Shown here in pieces: positions 1 to 11,271 of a stretch of 64,000 nt of DNA. Both the position numbers and the translations under genes were made by a program. The notes under the pieces were generated by a model. The model saw nothing but the letters and a program-made list of their open reading frames with translations, did no database searches and was not told where the DNA came from. Origin of the DNA: Thalia democratica. Lineage: Eukaryota. Location of the stretch: the NCBI GenBank assembly GCA_965202585.1, contig OZ241830.1, positions 39,122,001 through 39,186,000 on the forward strand, in the 5' to 3' direction. Positions within the stretch are counted from its first letter, which is position 1; every line of letters starts with the position of its first letter.

Positions 1-2389
1 AAGTTCAAAATACTTCAAAATCCGATACAACAATTTCAGTTTTAGACTTTAAGCTTATTTATTTTACAAATTGCTTTTTTTCTAGACAAGTTTCTGCTAT
101 GTATTGAAACTACATGCTACTTATAAAATTATTGTGTAAGTAGTACGCAGTGAGAAATTATGTGGAAATATTCTACTACGAATATTAAATAAGCTAAACT
201 AACTTTAAAATTGATGGTCTGTACTTTTATTCGTATTTTCTGTTATTGAATTTTTTTTGTTTTTTTTTTTGTTTAACAATCTAATCTCTTGTTAAAATAA
301 ATACTTAACATAAAACTATGTGAATTGAAGACTTTTATAAGTTATTTGAAATTCTTTTGAAAAAATTACAAATTACCGAAGAATGACCCATTTATTTTTT
401 AACTTATAATGTTCAGGAGAAATGTTAAAACTTAAACTATTTCATTTACTATACAAACACAAGTTCTAGACATTTTTTTACACATTCATAGTTCTATGAT
501 TAATTACTTTTAAGACTTTTTGTTAGATGTTTAAGTCAATTAAACGTTTTTTAACTTCTTATAAAACAATTTGATATAAGCTTTTGTGTTTTCTATATAC
601 TTTTTTTCGATCTACAGTGCATAAACGAAAGCTCATGTAGAAATTGTGTAACTGAAAAGTAAAAAATGAGAGACAGAAAAAATAGATTTTGAAAATAGAA
701 GAGTTGAACTTATGGAATTTGAACATTTTGTTTTTATTTAGTTATGTGTCACAGTACGATGTACAATGTTTAAAAAAAAGCATTGTGTATTTTAGTCTGA
801 TTATTAGTATAATAGTTTATGAATTTTAAGAAGTTTAAAAACTTAGCTTATGTTTTTAAAAACTTTGATTAATTTTTAGCTTTGTTTATATTATCAAAAA
901 AATAGTTGGTAAAAATACTACTTTAATATAGTTTTGGTTTAAATTAAAAAAATTCAAGTATTTAACATTTCTTTTGAACAATTATTACTATATTTTTTTA
1001 AGGTAAAAAAAACGTCAACTTGAATAGTAATCTATGTTATTTAAAATATATTTCGTTTTATATAAATATGAGCAAACTTTCAAGCTAGCATAATTAGTGA
1101 GAAGACTAACATCATGCTTGTGTACTTTTGTTTATTTAAACTAATAAAAAAATATGATACCTTTTATTCAAGTTTAGTAATTTAGGTTCTAAATACTTTT
1201 AAAACATTTTTTATATAGTTATAAGGAAAGAACGAAAATAATTAATAAATATTAGTAAACTCAACAGTTGTAGTAATAATTGTTTTGAATACTAATTTAA
1301 TCCAACTCATTCGAAAAGTTCTTTTTATTTAGAGCTTTCAACATAAAACTTGGTCGAAACAAGGTCGCTATTAATTTTAATTTTTTTTTGAAAACCAAAT
1401 TAAACTTTTCTCAAATTTATTTTCGGCTAGCATAAAGTATGTTATTTTTTTATCAATAAGTTTACTAACTTAGATAGATCTACTTGAATATATAGTAAGT
1501 TTGGTTAATTTTTTAACGAAAAAGTCTAGCAAGTATATTTTAAACTTTTTCATTATATAACTTAGAACTGATTTATTTTCAAAACAGGAAAATACCTAAT
1601 TTCCGCTCTTTAATACACAAAAATTCTTGAGAGTATAAAAAAAACTTTCAAAGGATTGCAATACTTTACATAAATGTTTAAGCTTTTTTGAAAGGTATAC
1701 GGCTAACAATTTTTAAAATTTACTATAAGTTTTGACACAAACCTTATTAACTTTAAAAAAAATGTACAGTGTAAAAATTGAGTAGATTTCTATGATGCTA
1801 TTGTAATTATCAAAAACAATGCATAAACTAAGCATTTATAAAACGTCTTTAAACGAACTGTACCTAGTCATTTAAAATAAACTAAAAAATATATTATAAA
1901 TTTTAATATCAATTACATAAATACTAACTAAATTATTTTTAATTACAATTTTTATTAATTTCTCATTATTTTTTGGATTTATTTCCAAAATATAGAACAT
2001 TTTTCTTTACCAAAATATGTGGTTTAGACAAAGTAAACAAAAAAAGTATAAGAAAATTATAAAATGATCAACCTAAAATTGTTGTTTTAGTCTTTGATTT
2101 CTTACACTTATGTACGTTTTTTCCACTACTAAAAAATTACTAACTTACAAGACTAAGAAAATAAATGTAATCTAAATCATCGATTACTATATAATTAATA
2201 TCTTATAGTAAATATCTTACAGTAAAAGCTAATATTGTTTTTGTTTTAGCTTAAATAAGCGTTAGAAAGTTTAATAAGCTTGAAAATCAGTTTAGCGAAG
2301 AAACTAATAAATATTGTAGCTAATTAGTTCATTCAAAGTTTAAAAAAATAGTATTTGAAATTTAAACAAAAACAATAAGACTAGTGACA

Positions 2390-2515
2390 ATGCAACCCCA
2401 AGAAGTTATACCAAGCGCCCGAATTCAAATGCCTTCAATTCAAAGCAACCAAGCTACTGAAATTAGTGAAAATAAAAACACAAAGTACTTTAAAACCACA
2501 GTTCGAGGTCTTGGG
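2390..2515 (+). CDS. MS4A-like exon 1
   Basis: ATG at 2390, 42 open codons, donor GGG|GTTAGA at 2516. Confidence 0.7.
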
Positions 2516-5500
2516 GTTAGAAATAGTTACATCAGTACTAATCAAAAAAATTAAAATACATCATAAAATTAATTGTGTAAATATTTTTTGAATTTTTTTT
2601 TTTATTATTTATTGACATTTTTGTTCATCGCAGTTTACAACAATACTTCTATCTGCTGTTGTGTTTTGCATGAGCACAGCTGAAGTTGCAATTGAAGCTT
2701 GCAGAAAGGTAAGCTACTATGACTACGGTTATTCTAAAGCAGTAACTCATTGCTATCCTTATGTTTCCTGGGGAGCTGGTATCTGGTGCTCTGCTTTAGT
2801 TAGTTTTTATAACAAAAACCTTGTTTATTTTAGTACGTTATACATAGTATAGCCTATATTTTGGTTGATTTATACATGTTTACTTAAAAATTTTCTTGTT
2901 TACTAAAGCTTATTTTTAAGGCTATTTTGTAAATCATAGATATATTAATGACAACAGAATATGTTTATGCATTTTATCTAACAGGTTGGCCTTTTATTTA
3001 AAACGAGTCAGAATTAGAAGTCAGTGACTTCTATATTCCGCTTTTTATTGTAGGCTTTTGATAAAAAAATATATTTGTTTATAACCCACTAAGATGTCAG
3101 GTTATTCTAGTTTATAAAATAGATAAACTTGCTTATCTTATTAAGTGGAAACTTTTTCACTGCTTTTATTCAACTTTAACTGCATCCAGAGACGTAGCTA
3201 CAGCGTTTCAGTTTTCTTATTAGTAACACTTATGGTTCATACTTAAAAAGAAACACTGATGTGAGTTTTCGATAAAGTACTAACTAAAAAAATTTAAGCG
3301 CAGCAGTTTTGTACCAAGCTACGTCCCTGGTTCCAACTAAACTTGAACCATGATTTTAAACTTACAATTTTCAAATATTAAAACTTGTTGGAATAAAGTC
3401 GTCTAAGTTTCTAAGAAATTTGATAGTTTTTAGATTGGTGCAGTGTTCACTAGTTTTTAATAATTAGCCAGTAAAAAACTTTATGTACAGTAACCTGTCA
3501 CCACCTAAGTACTCACTTTGAACCCAGTGCAAAAGTTCGTACTAAACCGGCAGTGCGTATTTAGTAAACTTTGGTCTATAAAAAGCCATATGATATATAA
3601 AAAGTTTATACAAAAGCAAACATATTCAAAGCCACTAAAGTGTACAATATTATATTTATGAAAACATTGATCGCGCTGTTATCAAATTGTGTAAATTCTA
3701 AAAAACTAGTTTAGGGTTCTAAAATTTAAAAACAAAAACTACTGTTAAAACCAAACTACAAGCTACACTAACAGACATGTTTTCAAAAGCTTCTGATTCT
3801 AAATGAATCTCAATTGCAAGGTTTTTTAATTTTGTTAATATCGCTATTTTATAAACTTTTTACATTTATGTTGCAATCATTGGGCATGTATATATTAACT
3901 GCACTCTTCATTGTTATCTCTTATCTAAATTTTTATGAATTTTTAAGCATTTTTTAATCCTATGTTATAATCATGGATTATAACTTAGGAATAAAAATCG
4001 CAAATTTAAACTGCATCGTTCGTTATTTTCGTTACAAAAAATTGTAATATGTTGGTTTAAAATATTGGATTTGATATACAGTTTGTAAGTTTATAACATA
4101 TTTTATGGCTCCTTTAGTTTTGACTAAATTCGAATTAGTGCAATTTGATTTTTAAGTTGATACTTTTTTATAACTAATTAAAAGCTTGTTTTCTTTTAAT
4201 TTCAAAGCAAATAAAAATTATATTTTGAACACAAAGCTTTTTAAATAAAAATACGTGCCATACCGGTACTTCGTACCTTGGAATTGCGTGGTCGCAGGTG
4301 GCAGGTTACTGAACTGATTTAAAAATGGTTCAGACTAGGATTCAGAATAAATATTTCAACCAGATTATCTATAAAATAACAGTTGGTTTTTAAAAAATAA
4401 TCCAACACTAGTTCTTTTACATTCTTATACTTTTAATAACAGATAATATTTTATTATTATTCAGCCTTTTCTTGCCGGGGTTTTCGGAGTTTTTGCTGGA
4501 TCTAAGTCATCATCTCAAAAGAAGGTATGTTTATAAAAAAATATTAATTGTTTATATTGTTCGGTTAATGAAATATTAACAAACAGATATTTCCTATTTT
4601 TGATTAACGCATAGAGTAATTTTAATTTTAGCTTTAAAGGTTTAAAAAAGTTAATAAATGAATTATGTAAAAAAAAAAGTTGTTTGTAGTAAAACAATGA
4701 TTTAGAATAGAATATGATGAATAAAAGCATTAGTGCAAAGAATTTATTTACAGTATATTTTTCCGATTGTTTTACCACATAAAAAATATAAGTTTTAATA
4801 AATCAAAAACACAAAGTTAGACTTAGATAAAAGTGTTCAAAGCGTATTTTTTTTAGTAAAACCATATTTTTGAAATCAAAATAAAATGTTCTAGAACGGA
4901 CTATTGATGGGGTTTAGTATCGCAGGAGCTGTCATGTCGTTTGTTCTAATCGTAATTCAATCTATCTTAACTGTTGTTTATAGATGGGTTAGTTGTTTCG
5001 TTGCTAAAAACTCATGTATTGTACCTAGAATAGCAACAGTTTTGTATAAAGAATAAAGATATCTTATTTTTGATATGATTTTGATTTGTTTTGGGTACTT
5101 AACTGTTTTAGTTTGCGAATTATAAAAAACTTGTAGTTGTAACATTTATATTACTTACCCAAAACTTGTACCTGTGACAAAATTATGCACATTTTTTTTT
5201 TAATTTTCATTGAAAACTAATAAACTAGTTTGAAAAGTTAATTTAAAAGATAAATATAATACAATTACCATTTAAAATACTGTTATTTAGATTTTTATTT
5301 ATGTTGTTAGTAAATGCATTTAAGTATTTTATGTTCGTCGTTCTACATAAATAAGTAGTACTAAATAACTATAAGTTAGTGGCTTAAAATTTTGCTTTTT
5401 ATGTTAGTATATAAATTTTATGTATATTATATTAAAAAATGTTTTTATACTTGTTTAAAAAAAAATGAATTTTTTGTGTAATTTTATTTTTTGTTTTGTT

Positions 5501-7797
5501 ATGTGTCTTTCTGTTTAAGTGGCCTAGGTTTTGATGCCTAGGTCCATCATATGGAAAATAAGTTTACAATAACAATAATAATAATACTTTTAAGTAAGCT
5601 AAAAAAAAACAAGTAGCCAGCGGAATTTTACAATAGTTTAAAATAAAGAAGGCGTTAATATTTCTATACTAATTATTAACTAAATACATTTGTACGCTCA
5701 TGTTATTTTATAGTCCACTCTATGCAAAGTTTATCTAAAAACTTAACTGCCACTAAAAATAAATACGTTTTTAAAGCCTAATACTAAAAAATTTTATTTT
5801 AGGAAGTTTATGCATCAACTTCAAAATATAGACTGCAAGTAGCCATAATGGGCACCACTGGTTTAAACTTCATTTTATTAATAATTTCTTCTGCTTATAG
5901 CTGCTGTCTGTGTAAATCCTGCTGCTGTAGACAGGTAAAATTTGTATTATTATAACAGTTTATTTATTAATATTAATTTACTACTATCAGCTTAAAACTT
6001 TCATTCTATAATTTTTTTTTAAGTTATTTCTTTGATCTGCTATTATAAAAATTGTAAACACTTTTAATAAAATTTTAATTAATTTTAGCAAGAAACAAGT
6101 TTTAATATCTGGCTAGTGCAGTTTTCTTATAATTTTACATTTGTGTCCTTTTAGTTTTATATTTTGTAAGTACTGTTGTTTAAGGCATGTTTTTCACTTT
6201 TAAGCTACTAAATTACATAACAAAAAAAAGCTTTCATCAAAAATTCAAGCTGACGCATTTTGACGCGCTATCATAAGACCACGATAAATCGAACTCATGT
6301 CATGATAAGCAATTTGATAACATAGATTACAACTAACAGTTGTATAAAACTATTAATAAACTTTAAAACTTGTTTCTTATTTATTAACTTTATATTTATT
6401 TTACGTTTAACAAAAAAACAAACTTCCTTAAAATTTATGTTTATATGTATGTAAGTATATATCTTCTTATTATATAGTATTATTATGTAAACTGAATGAT
6501 CTATACAATGTTTATATTTCAATAACAATTAAATTTTAATTACAATAAATTGCAAATTTCTTAGAAAGTTAAGCTGTGTTAAAGGTTATGAAAAAATATG
6601 TTTAAGTATATTTCTAGCATGGTTTGAATTCCACAAAAAAAAACTTAATAACTCAAGGTAGTAATTAAACTAATGAAAAAAGTAAAATCATAGTTGATAT
6701 TAAGAACAGCTATATTTATATACTTTGGTTTAATATTTTTTGATAACGTTCTATTTATAAAACTCACATATAGTTAATATAGTAAAATAATTAAAACTAC
6801 AAACATGTAAATAGTAACTTAAGTTTGTCGGAGTCAGTCAGTTTAAAAACCGTTTTAATACTGCAACTCAACTTTTAATGGGTTATTATTTTAATTATTA
6901 ATATTTAAACTTAAAACTATTAAACACAAAAGCTTTATGACTTAAAGTTCTCAATCTGATTAATAAAAAGTAATTAATATTTTATAAACAAACTATAAAT
7001 CAAAGTGTGCAAATTTATTGTTATTAAAAATCTAATTAAATATTTATACCATTAAGTAATTAAAATTTTTATCAGTATCTTGCTAGATATTTATTAAAAC
7101 TTATGCTTGAGCTAATTAAAGTCTATTTTTTCATATGAAACAAAAAAAACACAGTCAAGGAAATCAGTTGAACAAAGAGTGGTATATGTACCTTATAATC
7201 CGAATCAACAAGTAAACTACCAACCTACACAAGGTATAACGGCTTTTAATTTTTTTCTTGTTAAAATTAATTTTATTATAGTCGTTAATTTTGTTATGTA
7301 AGCTTTTAGAAATGGTTGTTGTAAAATTATTCTAAAAGAACTAAGATTAAGTTTTAAAGTTGCTGTGTTATTTAATGCATGCATTTGTTATCTACAACTA
7401 GTAAATGAATTTTTTTTAAACTTACAATCTTAAAGTATTTGATAAATAAAATTCAAAAGTTATGATTCATTTTGTTTTTGTTTAATCAAAAAAAAATTTC
7501 AAGCATATTGTTTTTACTCAAATGCGTTTTTTTTTTTAATAAGCTTGCTTTTATTTAAAATCTAACTATTTAATTACTAAGTCTAACGTGTTCAGAAAAA
7601 TAATATTAATTTATTTACATTACCTAAACGTATTAGGTACTTTTAATTATCCTCAAGAAAGTCAAACTTTTTTAGTCAATCAGCAACAACAACTGATGAC
7701 AAATGTTCAACCAAATCATCAAGCTTCAAGTGTAGAACCCATGACTTATACAAGCCCTCCGCAGTATGATCAACTTGATTCTAAGATGCCATTGTAA
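2390..7797 (+). CDS. MS4A/CD20-like four-transmembrane protein, 7 coding exons, ~271 aa
   Basis: Exons 2390-2515, 2634-2798, 4465-4524, 4895-4987, 5803-5934, 7155-7233 and 7637-7797 are all GT-AG and phase-compatible, giving one open frame: MQPQEV...RGLG/FTTILLSAVVF...WGAGIWCSAL/PFLAGVFGVFAG...KK/NGLLMGFSIAGAVMSFVLIVIQSILTVVYRW/EVY...SCCLCKSCCCRQ/SRKS...TQ/GTF...PPQYDQLDSKMPL*. Four hydrophobic segments plus the LG...GIW...LAG pattern suggest the CD20-like family (recognition by eye, no HMM run). Confidence 0.8.
2634..2798 (+). CDS. MS4A-like exon 2 (TM1 to start of TM2)
   Basis: Acceptor CATCGCAG|, donor TTA|GTTAGT; overlaps ORF-track entry 2661-2852. Confidence 0.8.
3186..3330. mobile_element. 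Small MITE-like element with 14-bp terminal inverted repeats
   Basis: CCAGAGACGTAGCT (3186) vs AGCTACGTCCCTGG (ends 3330), 13/14 complementary; termini resemble the CAGGGGCGTAG ends of the element at 19858; no TSD seen. Confidence 0.5.
3488..4311. mobile_element. Non-autonomous TIR DNA element in MS4A-like intron 2
   Basis: CAGTAACCTGTCACC at 3488 vs GGTGGCAGGTTACTG ending 4311 (14/15); left flank ends in TA, right TSD not intact; no ORF. Confidence 0.55.
4465..4524 (+). CDS. MS4A-like exon 3
   Basis: TTCAG| acceptor, PFLAGVFGVFAGSKSSSQKK, AAG|GTATGT donor. Confidence 0.8.
4895..4987 (+). CDS. MS4A-like exon 4 (TM3)
   Basis: TTCTAG| acceptor, hydrophobic segment, TGG|GTTAGT donor (donor choice less certain). 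Confidence 0.7.
5803..5934 (+). CDS. MS4A-like exon 5 (TM4 and Cys cluster)
   Basis: TTTTAG| acceptor, CAG|GTAAAA donor, 44 open codons. Confidence 0.8.
7155..7233 (+). CDS. MS4A-like exon 6
   Basis: ACACAG| acceptor, AAG|GTATAA phase-1 donor matching exon 7. Confidence 0.7.
7637..7797 (+). CDS. MS4A-like exon 7 (Q-rich tail with PPxY)
   Basis: TATTAG| acceptor, same frame as ORF-track 7588-7797, stop TAA at 7795-7797. Confidence 0.8.
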
Positions 7798-8242
7798 AGT
7801 ATTCGATAACTATTATTGAAATTGGTGTGAAGCAAAGTAATTTGTTTTTGTTGATTAAGATTTTTTTATTTAATTTCGGAAGAATTTTAATCTATAAACT
7901 TTTTTATAAGCTTATATTAACAAAATTCAAAATTCAAATATTTTTTAAGCTGTATTCGACAATTATAAAACTAAGAAAAACTGAATTATGATTTCGAACA
8001 TTTAAGCTTGTGTATTCTCTTTATTTCATAGAATTTATTTAGCATTGTCTTACTATTAATAAACAATAAAAGTTTTCAAACTGTAAAGGTTATTAAATTT
8101 AACTTGATAATTCGTTGAACAATCGTGTTAATAATGTATGTAGCATGCGGTTATTCAAGCAGACTGTACGATCAGAGATTCAAAAGAAGACATTTCTTGT
8201 TACTCGTACTTGCATCTTCACACCACATGAAATTAAAATGAG

Positions 8243-8322
8243 CCAATGAGAATGCAACACGTGAAAGTTAAACCAATCAAATATTGTCTGCATGTATATA
8301 TATTCGCAGATAGTTTATATAA
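8243..8322 (+). promoter_or_regulatory. CCAAT / E-box / CCAAT / TATA promoter-like cluster
   Basis: CCAAT at 8243 and 8273 (30 bp apart), CACGTG at 8258, TATATAA at 8316; sequence motifs only. Confidence 0.4.
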
Positions 8323-8565
8323 GCGTGTGTGCTTTGAATTTTATTTCTTATCTGTTTTGTGTTAACTGCTTAATATAAAGTATTTTGTTTACACAAGTAA
8401 AACTTTTTTATAATCTCTTAAATTTTACTATTAATATTTTACTCCAGATTTTCATAATAGGTTTGCTAAGCTTTAATAACTAATAACTATTGATAATTTT
8501 TAGAGATTTTTATAAGTATATTATGCTTAGATAAGAACAAATTATTGTAAAAAAAAACGGCTGAA

Positions 8566-8672
8566 AAACGGCTGAAACTATATACACAGTTAACAGTAAC
8601 AAATTTATAAACTTTATTTTGTTTACTTTATAAACTTGTTACTAACAGTTGTGTGTATTTTTTCAGCCGTTT
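8566..8672. repeat. Imperfect 45-bp inverted repeat (hairpin or small foldback element)
   Basis: AAACGGCTGAAA...AGTAACAAATTTATAA pairs with TTATAAACTTGTTACT...TTTCAGCCGTTT. Confidence 0.7.
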
Positions 8673-11037
8673 ATCACTTAAAATGTTTAAAATAAAAGAA
8701 AGTACTTGTGAAACAAAAGTGATTTTTGTTCATTTTTTAAAAGACAGTAGAAGTAATATTGTATTTTTTTAAATAATTTTGTTCTTACTAAAAATTTAAA
8801 AGTTTACTGTCTAAACAAAGAAGTTTTTATTGTCTTGGACACTGGAAATAAAAAACCGTTTAAAATTTATCAAATTATACTTAAATAGTATGAAGTTTCT
8901 TAATATTTGTTTAGCTGATTTCTTTAAATTATCCATATACATCTGTGCCTAGTTTTTATGTAGTAGTAAGTAGCTCCTACCATTTAAGAGATATTAGTTT
9001 ATAAGTAAGTCCCTACAATGTTATAAGTAGTAGTAAAAATCAATTTAGTGACTTTCACTATCTCTATGTTGTTTTAATATGCACTTTGTACCAAACTATA
9101 TTTTTATAGCAACATTAATTAGTAAACAGCTCTTACAAAGCTATTTAAATCTGAAAAAGATACTAAAAACTTTTATAAACACATAATTGTCTACTGTAAT
9201 AACTCTAAACAAAAAGTGTCTTATTGTTAATACTGTGCTTGACTTGCACAGCACTTTTCCACTTCTTTATATGATTATTTTGTCAGCAATATCATTATAT
9301 ACGACTTACCTTACATTCTTAACATTCAAAACAATGAAACTGCAAGTAAAATCAGCATTACTTTTACACTTTGGTCTGAATGTTCACAAAATATTGAAAC
9401 ATTCTAAGTAAGTTTTTAAGATGTAATATTATAAAATTGTCCTTGATTTTATAGAATTGAAGTCATTATTATTACTTTTTGAAACTAAAACTAGCCTAAA
9501 TAAAGTGAGTTTGTAAAAAGTCAATTTATTTAAGGCTTCAGTGTTTTATTCTATAGCTAATTTATAGTTTTTTCAAAGCTAAGATCTTGCCGGCTTCGGA
9601 TCCAGTAAATTAAAAAAAAACAAGAGCCACCAGCTCAATCTTGCAAAAGTAAATCTTTGCAGTCCGTAGATTGTTATGTTAACAACCCATTTCTTCTAAC
9701 GCTTCATTACAAATCCCAAGAAAATTTAGTGCAAGTTTCGAATTCAAGACCCCAGAACATTTAGTCAAAGTTTAAAATATTTCGTTAATAAAACTAAAGA
9801 TTTTTATATTTACTGCTCATTACAAACTGTGGTGTACCTATTGGTAGTTTTATGGATTTCAAAAATATCAAAAAGCAATATGCGATTGTTTTAATTTGTT
9901 ATTAAAACGTTTTGCAGAATTACAAACAGGGTTGCCATAGTATTAAATAATTCGAAAGATAATGGATTTGAAAACTATATATTGTTAAAAGTTTATAAAA
10001 TGTCTTGTATTTATAATTTTTCCGTTAATAAAGTAACTGTTTAAGTAATTAAGTATATATTTTTCGTATCAACGAATACCATTGAAAAATATTAAATATG
10101 TATTAGTTAATTTTTTTAAATTAAAAAACAAAGGACAATTTAAAATTGAGACCAAATCAGATTTATACAAAGTTTTAATAAATGCGTCACATTGGATTAA
10201 CTTCTCTTAGCAAACTACTTTAAAATTTTAAGCAACATATTATCATGAGATATTTAGATTAATCTTTTTTGTCATTAAATTCCTAGGAATCTATTGCTTA
10301 TTATTAAAATGTTTTGTACGTTTTATTTATTATTTAGTTTTCTTTTAAATTTATTTAGCATTTTAGTACTTAAATAAAAGTTCGTTTGTTAAGTTCTATT
10401 TGTTATTAACAAAGTTTTTTATGAAATCAAAATGATACGAGCTTTCATTTTATTCTTATCGTTTTTGAACAAAAAATGTTTACTCAACAGGAAGTACGTA
10501 CTAAAGAAATGCTTTAGGTGATTCTTCATTTTTAGTTGTTTTACGTAACACCAAATGATTATACTTTTATTTTATTCGAAATGGACTGTACAATCAAAAA
10601 GATATATGTTTTCATTGGACGTTGTTAGTTTGCTCATTACTCATATAATAGGTGTAGATAAACAGCCCTTAATTAAGTAGATTTCTAAACTACGTCTTTT
10701 CACTGAATTTTTGATATTAATATGGCATTAACTAATTTAAAATGAAAAACTAATAATAAAATTTCTATTTAAAGTCGGTTTATTACACATTGACAAAAAC
10801 TACCTAAAACTATTGTTTAAAAAAAGCTATTAGAAAAAGCCAGCGAAAGTCATCAGAGCCGAAGCCTGGACTTTTGTGTGCAATAAGTTAAGCTCAAGTT
10901 TTCTAACTGAAGTTTCGGTCATATCACTTTGAACATCAGACGTCAAGCTTTCAGTATTAGACTACCAAAAGCATGTTGTCTTATGAAACAAACTGTATAA
11001 TCAAAACTTTATGTTAGCTTGAGCTAAACAAGAGCTT

Positions 11038-11271
11038 TTAAGACATACTAGACTTGTTAAGAAGGGAAATGATGGCATTTTGCACGTTTCCTGCGCATTC
11101 CTTCAGTTCTTTTATTGCACTGGATCGAGAGAAACCCATGTTAGTTATTTGCTTCAGTTTCTCCTCGTCAACGTATTTACTGGTTTCAGCAGATGGCGAG
11201 TCACCAGCCGAGTCTGTCAGAGCTTCACATGATTTTTTCTTATCTTCAGGCGAAGCCTCCTTGGTTGAAAC
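11038..11271 (-). CDS. DDI1: DDI1 exon 6 (UBA domain)
   Basis: Minus-strand frame [10 protein letters not shown]...[33 protein letters not shown]; contains the UBA MGF motif. Confidence 0.85.
   Translation of the reverse strand, partial: VSTKEASPEDKKKSCEALTDSAGDSPSAETSKYVDEEKLKQITNMGFSRSSAIKELKECAGNVQNAIISLLNKSSMS

Noticed and set aside
9580-9770. GC-richer patch as a coding exon
   Set aside because: Stops interrupt all frames, with no consistent splice sites or recognisable peptide.
10863-10885. Minus-strand TATTGCAC... resembling the miR-92 seed
   Set aside because: No complementary arm nearby and the 3' part is misaligned. Similar seed-only matches (miR-182-like ~52356, miR-7-like ~55179, miR-96-like ~56042) were rejected for the same reason.
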